IMG/VR virus record: IMGVR_UViG_3300037603_000040
Strand: one strand, 5' to 3'
Length of the DNA: 64,000 nt
Source of the DNA: an uncultured virus (IMG/VR IMGVR_UViG_3300037603_000040)
Taxonomy: Duplodnaviria; Heunggongvirae; Uroviricota; Caudoviricetes; Schitoviridae
Shown: positions 8,786 to 17,849 of the stretch, piece by piece
Numbering within the stretch: position 1 is the stretch's first letter
Layout of the letters: each line of letters starts with the position of its first letter
The notes under the pieces: generated by a model
Told to the model about the DNA's origin: nothing
What the model saw: the letters and a program-made list of their open reading frames with translations, nothing else
The model's database searches: none
Translations under genes and position numbers: made by a program

Positions 8786-10042
8786 ATGAAAGCTCCAGAA
8801 CAGATCATGCAGGAGATCATGTCCATCCAGGTTCCTCCCGAGGACGTGCTGAACACCATGCTCAGCCGAACCAAGGGAGCGATCTTCACAGGTGGACCAG
8901 AGAAGGGGGCTGGCTTTCTTGGCTCCCTGATGTGCGATCACAAGTATGTCTGGGACAACACCTGCATGACGGCTTGGAGTGATGGCAAAGTAATAGGCTG
9001 GAATCCCCGGTTCTATCTCTGGCTCACACCAGCAGAGCGGGTCACAGTTCTGGCTCATGAGCTCTGGCACACTGCCTATGATCACATGGGTCGGGTCTAT
9101 GACCGGTGCCCTGACGTCTGGAACAAGGCTGCCGACTTTGTCATCAACCTAGCTCTGAAAGATATGGGTTATGTGTTTGGTGAAAACCTCATGTCTCTTG
9201 GTCCCTGTCTCGATGAGCAGTATCGGGACATGCACACGGAGCAGGTTTACGACTTGCTTCCCAAACCTCCTGGATCTCCCCCGCCTTGCCCGACGCCCCC
9301 GGATCCTGACGGATCCGGTCAGGCGCCTGGGCAAGACAAGCCTCAGCAAGGACAGGATGACCCTCTGGGAGGGGACATAAGAGTCCCTGGCGACCAGAGC
9401 CCTGCTGCTAAAGCAGAACAGATGGGAAAGATCATCAAGGCTCGTCAGGCTGCCAAGATGTCTGACAAACCCGGTCTCATTCCAGGAGAGATCGAGCTTG
9501 TGCTCGAGGAATACCTCTCTCCGATCTTGCCTTGGGAAGTTCTGCTGCAACGCTTCTTCACCGAGCTCAGCAATGACGACTATTCCTGGAAGAGGCCTTC
9601 TCGTCGCTACGATGAAGAGTATCTTCCCTCATTGCTCAGCGACAACGGGCTGGAGCATCTGATCTACTACTGGGATATCTCAGGATCGATCACCGATGCC
9701 ATCATCCTGCGCTGCCACTCGGAGCTCAAGTATATCCACGATATGCTGGCACCGAAGAAGCTCACGATCGTCACTTTCGACACCAAGATCCAGGACGTCT
9801 ACGAGTTCACTGACGACATGCCTTATGACAAGATCACAGTGCATGGTCGAGGTGGCACGTGTCTGATCGAGGTGCAGGAGCATATCAAGAAGCACAGACC
9901 GTCAGCGGCTGTCATCTTCTCGGATATGTTTGTGAAGCCCATGAAGCAAGATCCAGGGTCTCCCATCCTCTGGATCGTGATTGGCAACAAGAAAGCCAAA
10001 GTCCCTTTCGGCAGGATGGTCCACATCCCACGAGAGAGCTGA
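8786..10042 (+). CDS. metallopeptidase-VWA protein (N4 gp25/DUF2201-like)
   Basis: HELWH (HExxH), DFVIN, MIDAS-like DISGS and GRGGT; adjacent to the AAA ATPase. Confidence 0.85.
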   Translation: MKAPEQIMQEIMSIQVPPEDVLNTMLSRTKGAIFTGGPEKGAGFLGSLMCDHKYVWDNTCMTAWSDGKVIGWNPRFYLWLTPAERVTVLAHELWHTAYDHMGRVYDRCPDVWNKAADFVINLALKDMGYVFGENLMSLGPCLDEQYRDMHTEQVYDLLPKPPGSPPPCPTPPDPDGSGQAPGQDKPQQGQDDPLGGDIRVPGDQSPAAKAEQMGKIIKARQAAKMSDKPGLIPGEIELVLEEYLSPILPWEVLLQRFFTELSNDDYSWKRPSRRYDEEYLPSLLSDNGLEHLIYYWDISGSITDAIILRCHSELKYIHDMLAPKKLTIVTFDTKIQDVYEFTDDMPYDKITVHGRGGTCLIEVQEHIKKHRPSAAVIFSDMFVKPMKQDPGSPILWIVIGNKKAKVPFGRMVHIPRES

Positions 10043-10048
10043 ACACTT

Positions 10049-10078
10049 GAACCCCCGCTTTTGTTTTTGTGGGGGTTC
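10049..10078 (+). terminator. hairpin, possible terminator
   Basis: GAACCCCCGC...GTGGGGGTTC inverted repeat after the stop codon. Confidence 0.5.
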
Positions 10079-10117
10079 ATTCACTCACCTTCTCCCCATT
10101 GAACCAGGAAATATCCC

Positions 10118-10399
10118 ATGCTCAGGCCTGACATTGCTCAGATCATCATCGACTCTGCCAGAGACATGGGAGAGGAAAGCGGAACCAGTGTGATCACCGT
10201 CTTGGTCAACTACTGGGTTGTCGCCTATCAATTCCTGGATCAACTCGATCCCCATGCTGTGGCCCTGATCGACGAGTCTTTGAAAAAGCTCAGACAGGAT
10301 GAGATCAAGCCACAGGAATTCCAGGCTTCCCTGGACAAACCAAGCCTCGATCTTGAGCAAGTGCTCGATCTTCGCTTCAAACACAAAAACCCCCACTGA
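10118..10399 (+). CDS. hypothetical protein
   Basis: 93 aa with AGGA RBS. Confidence 0.65.
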   Translation: MLRPDIAQIIIDSARDMGEESGTSVITVLVNYWVVAYQFLDQLDPHAVALIDESLKKLRQDEIKPQEFQASLDKPSLDLEQVLDLRFKHKNPH

Positions 10400-10409
10400 G
10401 GAGTCTCCC

Positions 10410-10910
10410 ATGATCGTCAATCGTCACGAGCTGCTTCTGGCAGCTCCAATCAAAGACATGCTTTCTGAAAAGAAGCGTGAGCATGGCGTCAGCTATGGTC
10501 TGGCCGAAGCTGGCTATGACATTCGCATCAAGCAGGATATCCGTTTCCAGCCCAGACACAACCACTGGCACAATGGCCCTGTTGTTTGGGCCGACAATCA
10601 GATCAACGAAGGCCGATTTGTCATTGCCTCGGCCATCGAAGAATTTGACATGCCTGACGATCTCGTCGGCGTGGTGCATGACAAATCCACCTGGGCTCGA
10701 CGAGGTCTTTCGGTCTTCAACACGGTGATCGAACCAGGCTGGAAAGGCTTTCTGACCTTGGAGCTTGTCTATCACGGCACTGAAGATCTCTACATTCCGG
10801 CCGGTGCCGGGATTGCTCAGATACTCTTCTCCAAGATTCAGGTTCCCAACAGCTACGATGGCAAGTATCAGAACCAGGCCGACATGCCTGTGGCTGCCAT
10901 TCACGAATAA
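10410..10910 (+). CDS. dcd: dCTP deaminase
   Basis: GYDIR, DKSTWARRG, TVIEPGWKGFLTLEL, IAQ, YDGKYQNQ. Confidence 0.9.
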   Translation: MIVNRHELLLAAPIKDMLSEKKREHGVSYGLAEAGYDIRIKQDIRFQPRHNHWHNGPVVWADNQINEGRFVIASAIEEFDMPDDLVGVVHDKSTWARRGLSVFNTVIEPGWKGFLTLELVYHGTEDLYIPAGAGIAQILFSKIQVPNSYDGKYQNQADMPVAAIHE

Positions 10911-10997
10911 GCAGGCCTGCATCCAGCATACCGCCTGCTTAGGCCCCCTCACAAAAGCGTAGTGACTCCCGCTGATGTGAGGGGGTTTTTCTTTTTC

Positions 10998-11074
10998 GGC
11001 CTCATAGCTCAACTGGATAGAGCAAGGAACTTCTACTTCCAAGGTTCGGGGTTCGACTCCTCGTGAGGCCGCCA
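10998..11074 (+). tRNA. tRNA-Arg(UCU)
   Basis: Acceptor stem GGCCTCA/TGAGGCC, D arm GCTC/GAGC, anticodon loop CT-TCT-AC, T loop TTCGACT, encoded CCA. Confidence 0.93.
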
Positions 11075-11094
11075 AACACACAAGGCACATCACC

Positions 11095-11637
11095 ATGAAC
11101 CAGCACATATCCATTCGAGTGGGTGACTTCATCCAGACCTTTACAGGGCTCCACTTCTATCCCCTGGATCCAAGGCATGAAGACATCTGCATCGAGGACA
11201 TTGCTCACTCTCTGTCTCTACAGTGTCGCTACGGTGGACATTGTGCAGTCCACTACTCAGTGGCCCAGCACTCTGTTCTGGTGTCCAAGGCTCTGCCTGA
11301 CGAGTTGAAGCTCTGGGGCCTGCTCCATGACGCCGCAGAGGCCTATCTGGTCGATGTGCCACGTCCTGTGAAGCGATACCTAACCGGCTACCGTGAGCTG
11401 GAAGAGTCGATCCTCTCGACCATTCTTCGCAAATACGGGCTGACTGCAAAAGAGATGCCGGCCGAAGTGAAGCGCGTTGATGACGCCATTCTCCAGGACG
11501 AAGCAAATCACATCCTGAATGTCCCTGCTCGTGACTGGACCTTCCCTGAGCCTGCTCTGGGGATTGAAATCAATCCCTGGCCTGCCTGGTTTGCCAAGCA
11601 CCAGTTCCTGACCGCATTCGAGAAACTGACCAACTGA
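11095..11637 (+). CDS. HD-domain 5'-deoxynucleotidase (YfbR-like)
   Basis: IEDIAHSLS..CRYGGH..YSVAQHS..LLHDAAEAY..D.P.PVK. Confidence 0.85.
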   Translation: MNQHISIRVGDFIQTFTGLHFYPLDPRHEDICIEDIAHSLSLQCRYGGHCAVHYSVAQHSVLVSKALPDELKLWGLLHDAAEAYLVDVPRPVKRYLTGYRELEESILSTILRKYGLTAKEMPAEVKRVDDAILQDEANHILNVPARDWTFPEPALGIEINPWPAWFAKHQFLTAFEKLTN

Positions 11638-11672
11638 ACAGGCTCATTCCAGGGCCTGGAAAGGATCCTGCT

Positions 11673-12005
11673 ATGAATGTTCAAGAATCTCCTCCACCGA
11701 CTCCCAAAGAGTTCATCGACATTCTCGTCCAGAAGTATGTCGTTGAAGATCCGCTCAATCCTTTCATGAGTCGATCGACAGAAGCCAAGAAGCAGCTTCT
11801 GCTTCAAGCCATGGCTGAGGTCTATGGCAAAGAGCATCCCATTTGTCAGTTCCTTCAGGCCTATGCCCGGATTGAGCGTGCCTCGTTCCCGGTCGGCCTG
11901 GATGAGGAAGCAGCCATGGAGCTCTTCAATCGTCTCGATGACATGCGTGAAGCATGGGAAGTCATCGAGCAAGATATCAACGAAACCATGGACAGCATCA
12001 AATGA
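11673..12005 (+). CDS. hypothetical protein
   Basis: 110 aa with AAGGA RBS. Confidence 0.65.
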   Translation: MNVQESPPPTPKEFIDILVQKYVVEDPLNPFMSRSTEAKKQLLLQAMAEVYGKEHPICQFLQAYARIERASFPVGLDEEAAMELFNRLDDMREAWEVIEQDINETMDSIK

Positions 12006-12253
12006 AAACAATGTTTATTCACGGTCCGTCTGGATCAGGAAAAACCCGTTATTCTGAAGAATTTGCAAAAATATATGGATGCACTTCCGTGATTGACGGT
12101 TGGCCTTATCCTTCTTCAGAGATCGTCCCTGGTGCTTTGCATCTGACAAATGAGCATGATCTCATGCTTAAAGCCATCCGTGCTCACTCAGAATTGGCTG
12201 TTTCTGTGAGAAGCATAAGCCGTGCGCTTAAAGATTTGGAGAACACGAAATGA
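12002..12253 (+). CDS. small P-loop protein
   Basis: FIHGPSGSGKT; ATGA overlaps at both ends. Confidence 0.65.
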   Translation: MKTMFIHGPSGSGKTRYSEEFAKIYGCTSVIDGWPYPSSEIVPGALHLTNEHDLMLKAIRAHSELAVSVRSISRALKDLENTK

Positions 12254-12642
12254 CCCAAATCAACCTCCACCCCAAGATGATCTCTTGGCTCCGCAACGAA
12301 CTCGTCAACGGCCGCTATGAGGTCGAGGATGAGGTAGATGAGATGATCCTTCAGGACACTCTCCGGGACACGCTCAAAGCTCTGACGCCCCCAGATCCCT
12401 TTCCAGAGGGATCTTTCACCGTTGAGGTGGGCCGGGATGCCACAGTCTATTTCACCAAGACCTTCCTTGGCGTCACACTCGACGATCTCAAAGCCAGAAT
12501 GAGCAAATACGGGCTCGATGATCTCGACCTCGAAGGGCTCAAACCAGATTGGGATGAAGGCCCTGCCAATACTTTCGACAATGTCGAAATCTATCGGGTC
12601 TATGATCATGAAGGCAATCTCATCTTCGACTCTGAAGACTGA
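12250..12642 (+). CDS. acidic hypothetical protein
   Basis: 130 aa with GGAG RBS. Confidence 0.7.
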   Translation: MTQINLHPKMISWLRNELVNGRYEVEDEVDEMILQDTLRDTLKALTPPDPFPEGSFTVEVGRDATVYFTKTFLGVTLDDLKARMSKYGLDDLDLEGLKPDWDEGPANTFDNVEIYRVYDHEGNLIFDSED

Positions 12643-12657
12643 ACCAAGGAGCTCACC

Positions 12658-12876
12658 ATGCAGATGAGATTTGATTACAAAAATCACCGGGGCGAGACCA
12701 GACCCAGAACAATCCAGTTTATCGGGATCATCTTTCTCAAAGATCCAGGTTATGGCTACCAGCCTGGCTGGTTCGTCCATGGGGTCTGCGAAGACAAGAA
12801 CGAGGTTCGGTCTTTCGCTCTGTGCAACATCCTCCTTCCCGATGGTGGGAAGTATTACCTACTGGAGCCAAGCTGA
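12658..12876 (+). CDS. stand-alone WYL-like domain protein
   Basis: FDYKNHRGETRPRTI...WFVHGVCEDKNEVRSFAL. Confidence 0.7.
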   Translation: MQMRFDYKNHRGETRPRTIQFIGIIFLKDPGYGYQPGWFVHGVCEDKNEVRSFALCNILLPDGGKYYLLEPS

Positions 12877-13418
12877 TGGACGTGATATTTGACATCGACG
12901 GAACCTTGGCCGACCCAGCTCACCGTCTCCACTTCATCAATGATATGGCCTATTGGACCAGTCCCCCAGGAAAGCTTCCCAGACCAAACTGGGAGGCTTT
13001 TCTCTCTCCAGATGAGATAATCAAGGATGCCCCAATTCAGCAGACTTTCTATCTTCTGATGACCATGCTCGAGAACCCCTCGGACTATCGGGTGATCTTC
13101 GCCACTGCCCGCAAGGAATCCACCCGCCAAGTCACCTATGACTGGCTCAGAGGCTCCCCAGAATGCCCAGTGAGAGCTTTTACCTGGAATGCCTGGGAGA
13201 GGTTGTCAGAAACCAAGGGTCACACTGTGGGACCGCTTCTCTACATGAGACCAGACAGTTCTCGTAAACCCTCCGACCAGGTCAAGCGCCAGCTTCTGAA
13301 ACAGATAAGAGCAGATGGCTTTCAGCCCACATTGGTTTTCGAAGATCGCAAGCAAGATGCTGCCATGTGGCGCTCAGAGGGCCTGCTGTGCTGCCAGGTA
13401 GCAGACGGTGCATATTGA
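12876..13418 (+). CDS. HAD-family phosphatase (polynucleotide kinase 3'-phosphatase-like)
   Basis: FDIDGTLAD, TAR, LYMR..D..VK, FEDR, QVADG. Confidence 0.85.
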   Translation: MDVIFDIDGTLADPAHRLHFINDMAYWTSPPGKLPRPNWEAFLSPDEIIKDAPIQQTFYLLMTMLENPSDYRVIFATARKESTRQVTYDWLRGSPECPVRAFTWNAWERLSETKGHTVGPLLYMRPDSSRKPSDQVKRQLLKQIRADGFQPTLVFEDRKQDAAMWRSEGLLCCQVADGAY

Positions 13419-13773
13419 CAGGCTTCTGTCATCCTCTGCTCTCCCTGAGCCTCTGACAGGCCGCCGTAAAGACATCTACGACAAGGTGATGAGCCGGGTT
13501 CGGATCATGGATGGTCCCCTGGACACACCTTGTCATGTCTGGACTGGCCCTGACTCAGGGAACGGTCGGGGTGGAGGCTATGCCCGCATGCACCTGGATG
13601 GCCAGACCGTTGCAGTCCACATCGTCATGTGGGTCAACGCTCATGGCTTCATCCCTCGAAAGAAACAGCTCGATCACATCTGCCTCAACCGACGCTGTGT
13701 GAACCAGGAGCACCTTCAGTTGGTGACGCATAAGCGGAACCAGAAGCTCAGATCCATGAGGAAAAAGACATGA
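13408..13773 (+). CDS. HNH endonuclease
   Basis: CHVWTG..GY..VH..LDHICLNRRCVNQEHL..VTHKRN. Confidence 0.85.
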   Translation: MHIDRLLSSSALPEPLTGRRKDIYDKVMSRVRIMDGPLDTPCHVWTGPDSGNGRGGGYARMHLDGQTVAVHIVMWVNAHGFIPRKKQLDHICLNRRCVNQEHLQLVTHKRNQKLRSMRKKT

Positions 13774-14009
13774 ATTTTTGGAAACGCTTCGACAAAATCT
13801 CAGAGCACGACATACAGACCGGTAACGTCATGGGACCACTTCTTATCGTAACCTTTGTCGTAGTTTTCATCGTCTGTTTGTTTTTTATGAATCCCGTCAT
13901 GACGATGGGAATAATCATAACCATTGCAGCGATTGCCCTGGTCCTATTTGCCTGGTTCTCTTGGCTGCCTCGTCTTTGGAATCGCTTCGTCGATTTCCTT
14001 CAACGCTAA
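13770..14009 (+). CDS. small membrane protein
   Basis: Two hydrophobic stretches. Confidence 0.65.
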   Translation: MNFWKRFDKISEHDIQTGNVMGPLLIVTFVVVFIVCLFFMNPVMTMGIIITIAAIALVLFAWFSWLPRLWNRFVDFLQR

Positions 14010-14018
14010 GGAAGCATC

Positions 14019-14441
14019 ATGAAAATCTATGTGCTCTACACCTGGTTTTCCGGTGAAGAGAAGACCTTTGAGGTCTTCACCAATGCACACATTGCCAAAG
14101 ATACAGCTCTCACATATGCCGTTGAGCTCTGGGGCAAACATCACGAAGATGACTGGCCTGCGATGCCTGACTCCTGGGAATGTATCTATCAGGAAGTCCT
14201 CAACAGAGCAGGTGAAAGCGGTGACGAGATCGTGATCACTGAGCACACACTCATCTCCACCAACTTCGTCATCAATCTCGCCAACACCGATGACGGCATC
14301 GTTGTGGAGACGATGACTCAGGCCTCCTCCTACATCGAAGACTTGATCCAGGATGGAGAGACTTCCGACAACATCACGCTCCTTGAATCCTTCCCCAAGG
14401 ACTTCGAAGTGGCTCCCAAAGCGAAAGTGATCATCAAATGA
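14019..14441 (+). CDS. hypothetical protein
   Basis: 140 aa with AAGGA RBS. Confidence 0.7.
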   Translation: MKIYVLYTWFSGEEKTFEVFTNAHIAKDTALTYAVELWGKHHEDDWPAMPDSWECIYQEVLNRAGESGDEIVITEHTLISTNFVINLANTDDGIVVETMTQASSYIEDLIQDGETSDNITLLESFPKDFEVAPKAKVIIK

Positions 14442-15376
14442 ACAAGATCTACACTCATCCCGGTCAGTCGCAGATGCAGGTTGAGGTCATCCTGGCTTCA
14501 CGCAATGCGGCGCTGCCGGATGAGAAGCCGCTTGTCACTCTGCGCATGCGCTATCCCCGCATCATTCACGGCGAGGTCATGACGCACCGGGATTTCAGCC
14601 GCAATGCACGTTCCTCTCGCGCCGTGCCGGTTCGGACCATGCTGCTCGAATGCACCACGATGCCGTTCATTCCGTGGCACTGGCTTAAGAACCAGGCGGG
14701 CATGCAGGGCACAATTCCACTCGGCCCCGAAGAGGTGGAGCTGGCTCGTCAAAACTGGCTGAAGGCGCGTGACGCGAGTGTGGCTGTTGTGCAGACCCTG
14801 TTCGATCCGGAAGGATTGAATATCCATAAGCAGAACCCCAACCGGCTGCTGGAGCCCTTCTCTTGGATCGACACGCTGATCACCTCGAACCGCTGGGATA
14901 ACTTCCTGTGGCTGCGTGATCACGAAGCTGCTGAGCCGCACTTGCAGGATCTGGCACGGCTGGTGAAACAGGCTCTGGATGAAATGGAAGTTCAGGATCT
15001 CCAGCCCGGTCAGTGGCATACCCCGTATATCACCGATGATGATGTTGATCATGCAATGGATATTTCGGATACACGGGATGATTTCATTGCGTGGATTTGC
15101 AAGATCAGCGCCGCTCGCTGCGCTCGGATCTCCTACAAGCCCTTCGACGGTGACAGCTCCTACGAGGCTGAACTTCGTCGCTATGACCAGCTTGTAACCT
15201 CTGACCGGGTGCATGCTTCTCCGACCGAGCATCAGGCAACGCCTGACCAGTTCAACTATACAGGTCAATACATCACTGATGATCGAGGTGTGTGGGACAA
15301 ACCCCATCTTCACGGCAACCTGCCGGGGTGGATCCAGGCACGCAAGCTCATCCCCAATGAGTGCTTCTACGGCTGA
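14438..15376 (+). CDS. thyX: FAD-dependent thymidylate synthase
   Basis: YPRIIHGEVMTHRDFSRNARSSRAVP, HKQ..NRLLEPF, SAARCARISY, HASPTEH. Confidence 0.9.
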   Translation: MNKIYTHPGQSQMQVEVILASRNAALPDEKPLVTLRMRYPRIIHGEVMTHRDFSRNARSSRAVPVRTMLLECTTMPFIPWHWLKNQAGMQGTIPLGPEEVELARQNWLKARDASVAVVQTLFDPEGLNIHKQNPNRLLEPFSWIDTLITSNRWDNFLWLRDHEAAEPHLQDLARLVKQALDEMEVQDLQPGQWHTPYITDDDVDHAMDISDTRDDFIAWICKISAARCARISYKPFDGDSSYEAELRRYDQLVTSDRVHASPTEHQATPDQFNYTGQYITDDRGVWDKPHLHGNLPGWIQARKLIPNECFYG

Positions 15377-15387
15377 GGAATATCATC

Positions 15388-15690
15388 ATGCCCAAGGACT
15401 CCCCAAAGCTCCCAAGGTCTCTCAAGGAGATCGCCAAGGAAGACGGCTTTGTTCGTCTTCCTCCCCTCTACGTCCGATATGAGGACATTCCAGAGGTTCA
15501 CAAGATCGCTGAGAAATATGACGATCGGATCAGAGAACTTCGCCAAATCGCGGAGAAAGAGTATCTGGATTTCTGGAAAGCAAAGCGGGAAGAGACAGCC
15601 GAACCAGAAGAGGAAGGCCCTTACCAGCCGGAAGAGATCGTCAAAGGGGTCTTCGATCCCTTGGCGGCAGACTGGCCTGGAATGAACTAG
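15388..15690 (+). CDS. hypothetical protein
   Basis: GAGGA RBS. Its stop codon overlaps the stop of the convergent rep gene. Confidence 0.65.
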   Translation: MPKDSPKLPRSLKEIAKEDGFVRLPPLYVRYEDIPEVHKIAEKYDDRIRELRQIAEKEYLDFWKAKREETAEPEEEGPYQPEEIVKGVFDPLAADWPGMN

Positions 15691-16181
15691 TCTTCTTCTT
15701 CTGCCAGATCGAGATCGAGTTGATCCCCTGATCGGGGAACAAAGGGCAGCACTGACCCGAAATACTGCCGTTCCACACGGCGCAGCGGTGGCAGCTTGTC
15801 CAGCTCCTCTCGATCCGGCTGCTCAGCCTCATCCAACCAAACCTGTGCAGTGAGTGCCGATAGACCGCGGTTTGATCTGGAGTCTTTCCAGCAGACCCTG
15901 GAGTTCAGAACATAAGCATTCACTGCACTCATCGAGCCGATCTGACGCTTCTCGATCCAGCGTCCTTTGATGAGGACGTCGATCGCTCTGATGATGGATC
16001 TCTTGGATCTACCAAGCTCCTTGGCCAGCACGGCCTGGGAGACCACCACAGCGTTCTGTTTGTTGGCAAAGACCACAAGCAGATGCAGAAGAGCAGCAGC
16101 CATGGGATAGTCACGTGTCAAGATGGCCCATGCAGCGTGGGCATCAATATCGGTCTGACTGAACTCATTTCTGATCCTCAT
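15687..16181 (-). CDS. rep: plasmid replication initiator, pBBR1 Rep-like winged HTH
   Basis: QTDIDAHAAWA.L..PMAAALLH.LV..QNAVVVSQ..LAKELGRS.RSI..AI..L...RWI...VNAYVLNSRVCW...LS.L.A.V parallels my recollection of pBBR1 Rep along its whole length. Confidence 0.85.
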   Translation of the reverse strand: MRIRNEFSQTDIDAHAAWAILTRDYPMAAALLHLLVVFANKQNAVVVSQAVLAKELGRSKRSIIRAIDVLIKGRWIEKRQIGSMSAVNAYVLNSRVCWKDSRSNRGLSALTAQVWLDEAEQPDREELDKLPPLRRVERQYFGSVLPFVPRSGDQLDLDLAEEED

Positions 16182-16199
16182 GGATCTGATTTACGCGAT

Positions 16200-16470
16200 T
16201 CGGACAAACCTGTCCACTGTTTGGACATTGATGACTCTTATGGTGTCACAGGAGTCACCACCAGGTGACATGGGTGACACCTCCCCCTATTGATTCTGTT
16301 CACAAAATCCAGGTTCTTCTTCTTATGATCTATCCACCGGGGAAAATCCAGCCGACCGAGAGATTTTAATTTATCGGGTCGGGCGGATGGATTTTCCTTT
16401 GGATCATGTCTTCTTTTTGTTGTGTATTCCGGGCCTTTGTATAGCCTCATCGTGTGGATAACTTGAATAC
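16200..16470. promoter_or_regulatory. putative plasmid replication origin (oriV) and rep promoter region
   Basis: Non-coding region upstream of rep. Nested palindrome at 16242-16281, GGACA/TGTCC palindromes at 16202-16226, an AT-rich tract, and a perfect DnaA box TGTGGATAA at 16453-16461. Confidence 0.65.
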
Positions 16471-16518
16471 GAGCTCCACACATTCCCCCACTCATGGAAC
16501 CAAAAAAGCGAGCAGCAA

Positions 16519-16749
16519 ATGGAAGATGATCTCCTGATCCCTTCAGGATCCAAGAAGAACAAGGTAGCTCCGGTTGAGGTCGAAGTGATCCTTGTTCAGG
16601 AAAATCACGAGTATATCCAGGTCAGAATCAGCGAAGACTCGAAGCCCATCACCCTACCCAAGTCGGGCGTGAAGGTCTTGAAACGATCCGGAAAATACCT
16701 CGAATTGTCCTTGTCAGAACGCAAGGCCATCAACTACAACCTGATCTAG
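16519..16749 (+). CDS. hypothetical protein inside the rep-par module
   Basis: 76-aa ORF divergent from rep and convergent with the par operon; weak RBS. Confidence 0.55.
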   Translation: MEDDLLIPSGSKKNKVAPVEVEVILVQENHEYIQVRISEDSKPITLPKSGVKVLKRSGKYLELSLSERKAINYNLI

Positions 16750-16750
16750 G

Positions 16751-16780
16751 ATCACACCACACCAAAGCGAATCAAACCGC
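16751..16780 (+). repeat. pentamer array downstream of the par operon (parS candidate)
   Basis: ATCAC ACCAC ACCAA AGCGA ATCAA ACCGC. Confidence 0.7.
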
Positions 16781-16789
16781 TTTGATGGA

Positions 16790-16830
16790 GAGAAGCCGGT
16801 TCTGGAGTCCCTGCCTGGAACCGGCTTCTC
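16790..16830. terminator. hairpin between convergent genes
   Basis: GAGAAGCCGGTTC...GAACCGGCTTCTC, a perfect 13-bp inverted repeat. Confidence 0.7.
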
Positions 16831-16837
16831 GTCAAAT

Positions 16838-17074
16838 TCATTCTTTGTTGGACCTTGCATATGACCTCATCAGCACCTCAAGCATGTCGCCATTTGTTCG
16901 ACGCTCTTTCTTGCAGAGATCACGGAACTGCTGATAGGCCAACCGCCCCATGCGCAGAGACATCTGCACGGTCTCATTCGGGTTACGGCTCGGCCAGCGA
17001 TCGGCAGAAGCATAGCGGCGATCGTTTTCCGGCTCTTCATCGAGCTGTGTGAAATCAAGCGGATTGCGTGTCAT
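16838..17074 (-). CDS. ribbon-helix-helix centromere-binding partition protein (type Ib ParB/ParG-like)
   Basis: 78 aa, overlaps the 3' end of parA. Flexible N-terminus, then TVQMSLRM beta strand and two helices (YQQFRDLCKKE, NGDMLEVLM). Confidence 0.75.
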   Translation of the reverse strand: MTRNPLDFTQLDEEPENDRRYASADRWPSRNPNETVQMSLRMGRLAYQQFRDLCKKERRTNGDMLEVLMRSYARSNKE

Positions 17075-17786
17075 GGTCTTGTCCTTTCATCGTCAGATTT
17101 GTTTTCTTGGTGGCTCCATGCAACCGAGAGACTGCACGAAGAACCTGTTCAAGCTCTTCCTCAAAAAGCTCCGCATTCGCGATAGCCTTGTTCACGCCGG
17201 ACACCTCTTTGGGATCCAGGTCGTAAAGGGTTCCCCCTGTGTTATGCAGGGTCGAGAAAGCCGTCCGAATATGGAGCTCTGTATCAAAGCTCCCTACCTT
17301 GCTCCGGACTTGCTCATTCAGAGACTTCGCCAGACGCGATTTGACGGCTGCCTGAGTGCGACAGAAGAGAACCCGGCAGGGTATGGACCTGCGCAAGCTT
17401 CTCTCTTCCAGGCGCACCTGAGAGATCGTCTCAATGGCGCCTTCAGCATCAGGCTGTTCATCCCCCATGGGAATGATCACCAAGTCACTCTCACCCATGG
17501 CGAAGGCATTCAGCCTCGTTGCAGCCCCTTCCAGATCGAGTACGACATAGTCGCTCTCGTTCAGGGCTGCTTCGATTTCGTCATGGATGTGATGCTCTCC
17601 TTTCGAGGCTCTCACATGGAGCCTTCCAGGAAGATCCGCTTTGCTCGCCCAGGACATGAGGCGCTTGGCCGGATCGGCATCTATGATGGTCACGTTCCTG
17701 CGACGACACAAGGTCGTTGCCAGGATAATGGCCGACGTCGTTTTTCCTGCGCCCCCTTTCGAGGACGCAAATGTGATGACAGGCAT
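17055..17786 (-). CDS. parA: type Ib ParA partition ATPase
   Basis: MPVITFASSKGGAGKTT (deviant Walker A), IIDADP, VVLDLEG, DLVIIP. 243 aa with no N-terminal HTH; GGAG RBS. Confidence 0.92.
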   Translation of the reverse strand: MPVITFASSKGGAGKTTSAIILATTLCRRRNVTIIDADPAKRLMSWASKADLPGRLHVRASKGEHHIHDEIEAALNESDYVVLDLEGAATRLNAFAMGESDLVIIPMGDEQPDAEGAIETISQVRLEERSLRRSIPCRVLFCRTQAAVKSRLAKSLNEQVRSKVGSFDTELHIRTAFSTLHNTGGTLYDLDPKEVSGVNKAIANAELFEEELEQVLRAVSRLHGATKKTNLTMKGQDHDTQSA

Positions 17787-17849
17787 CTTCTTACTCCAGT
17801 TTTCCCAATCGAAACGCTGCAACAGAAAATGACGTTTGTCACGTAAAAA

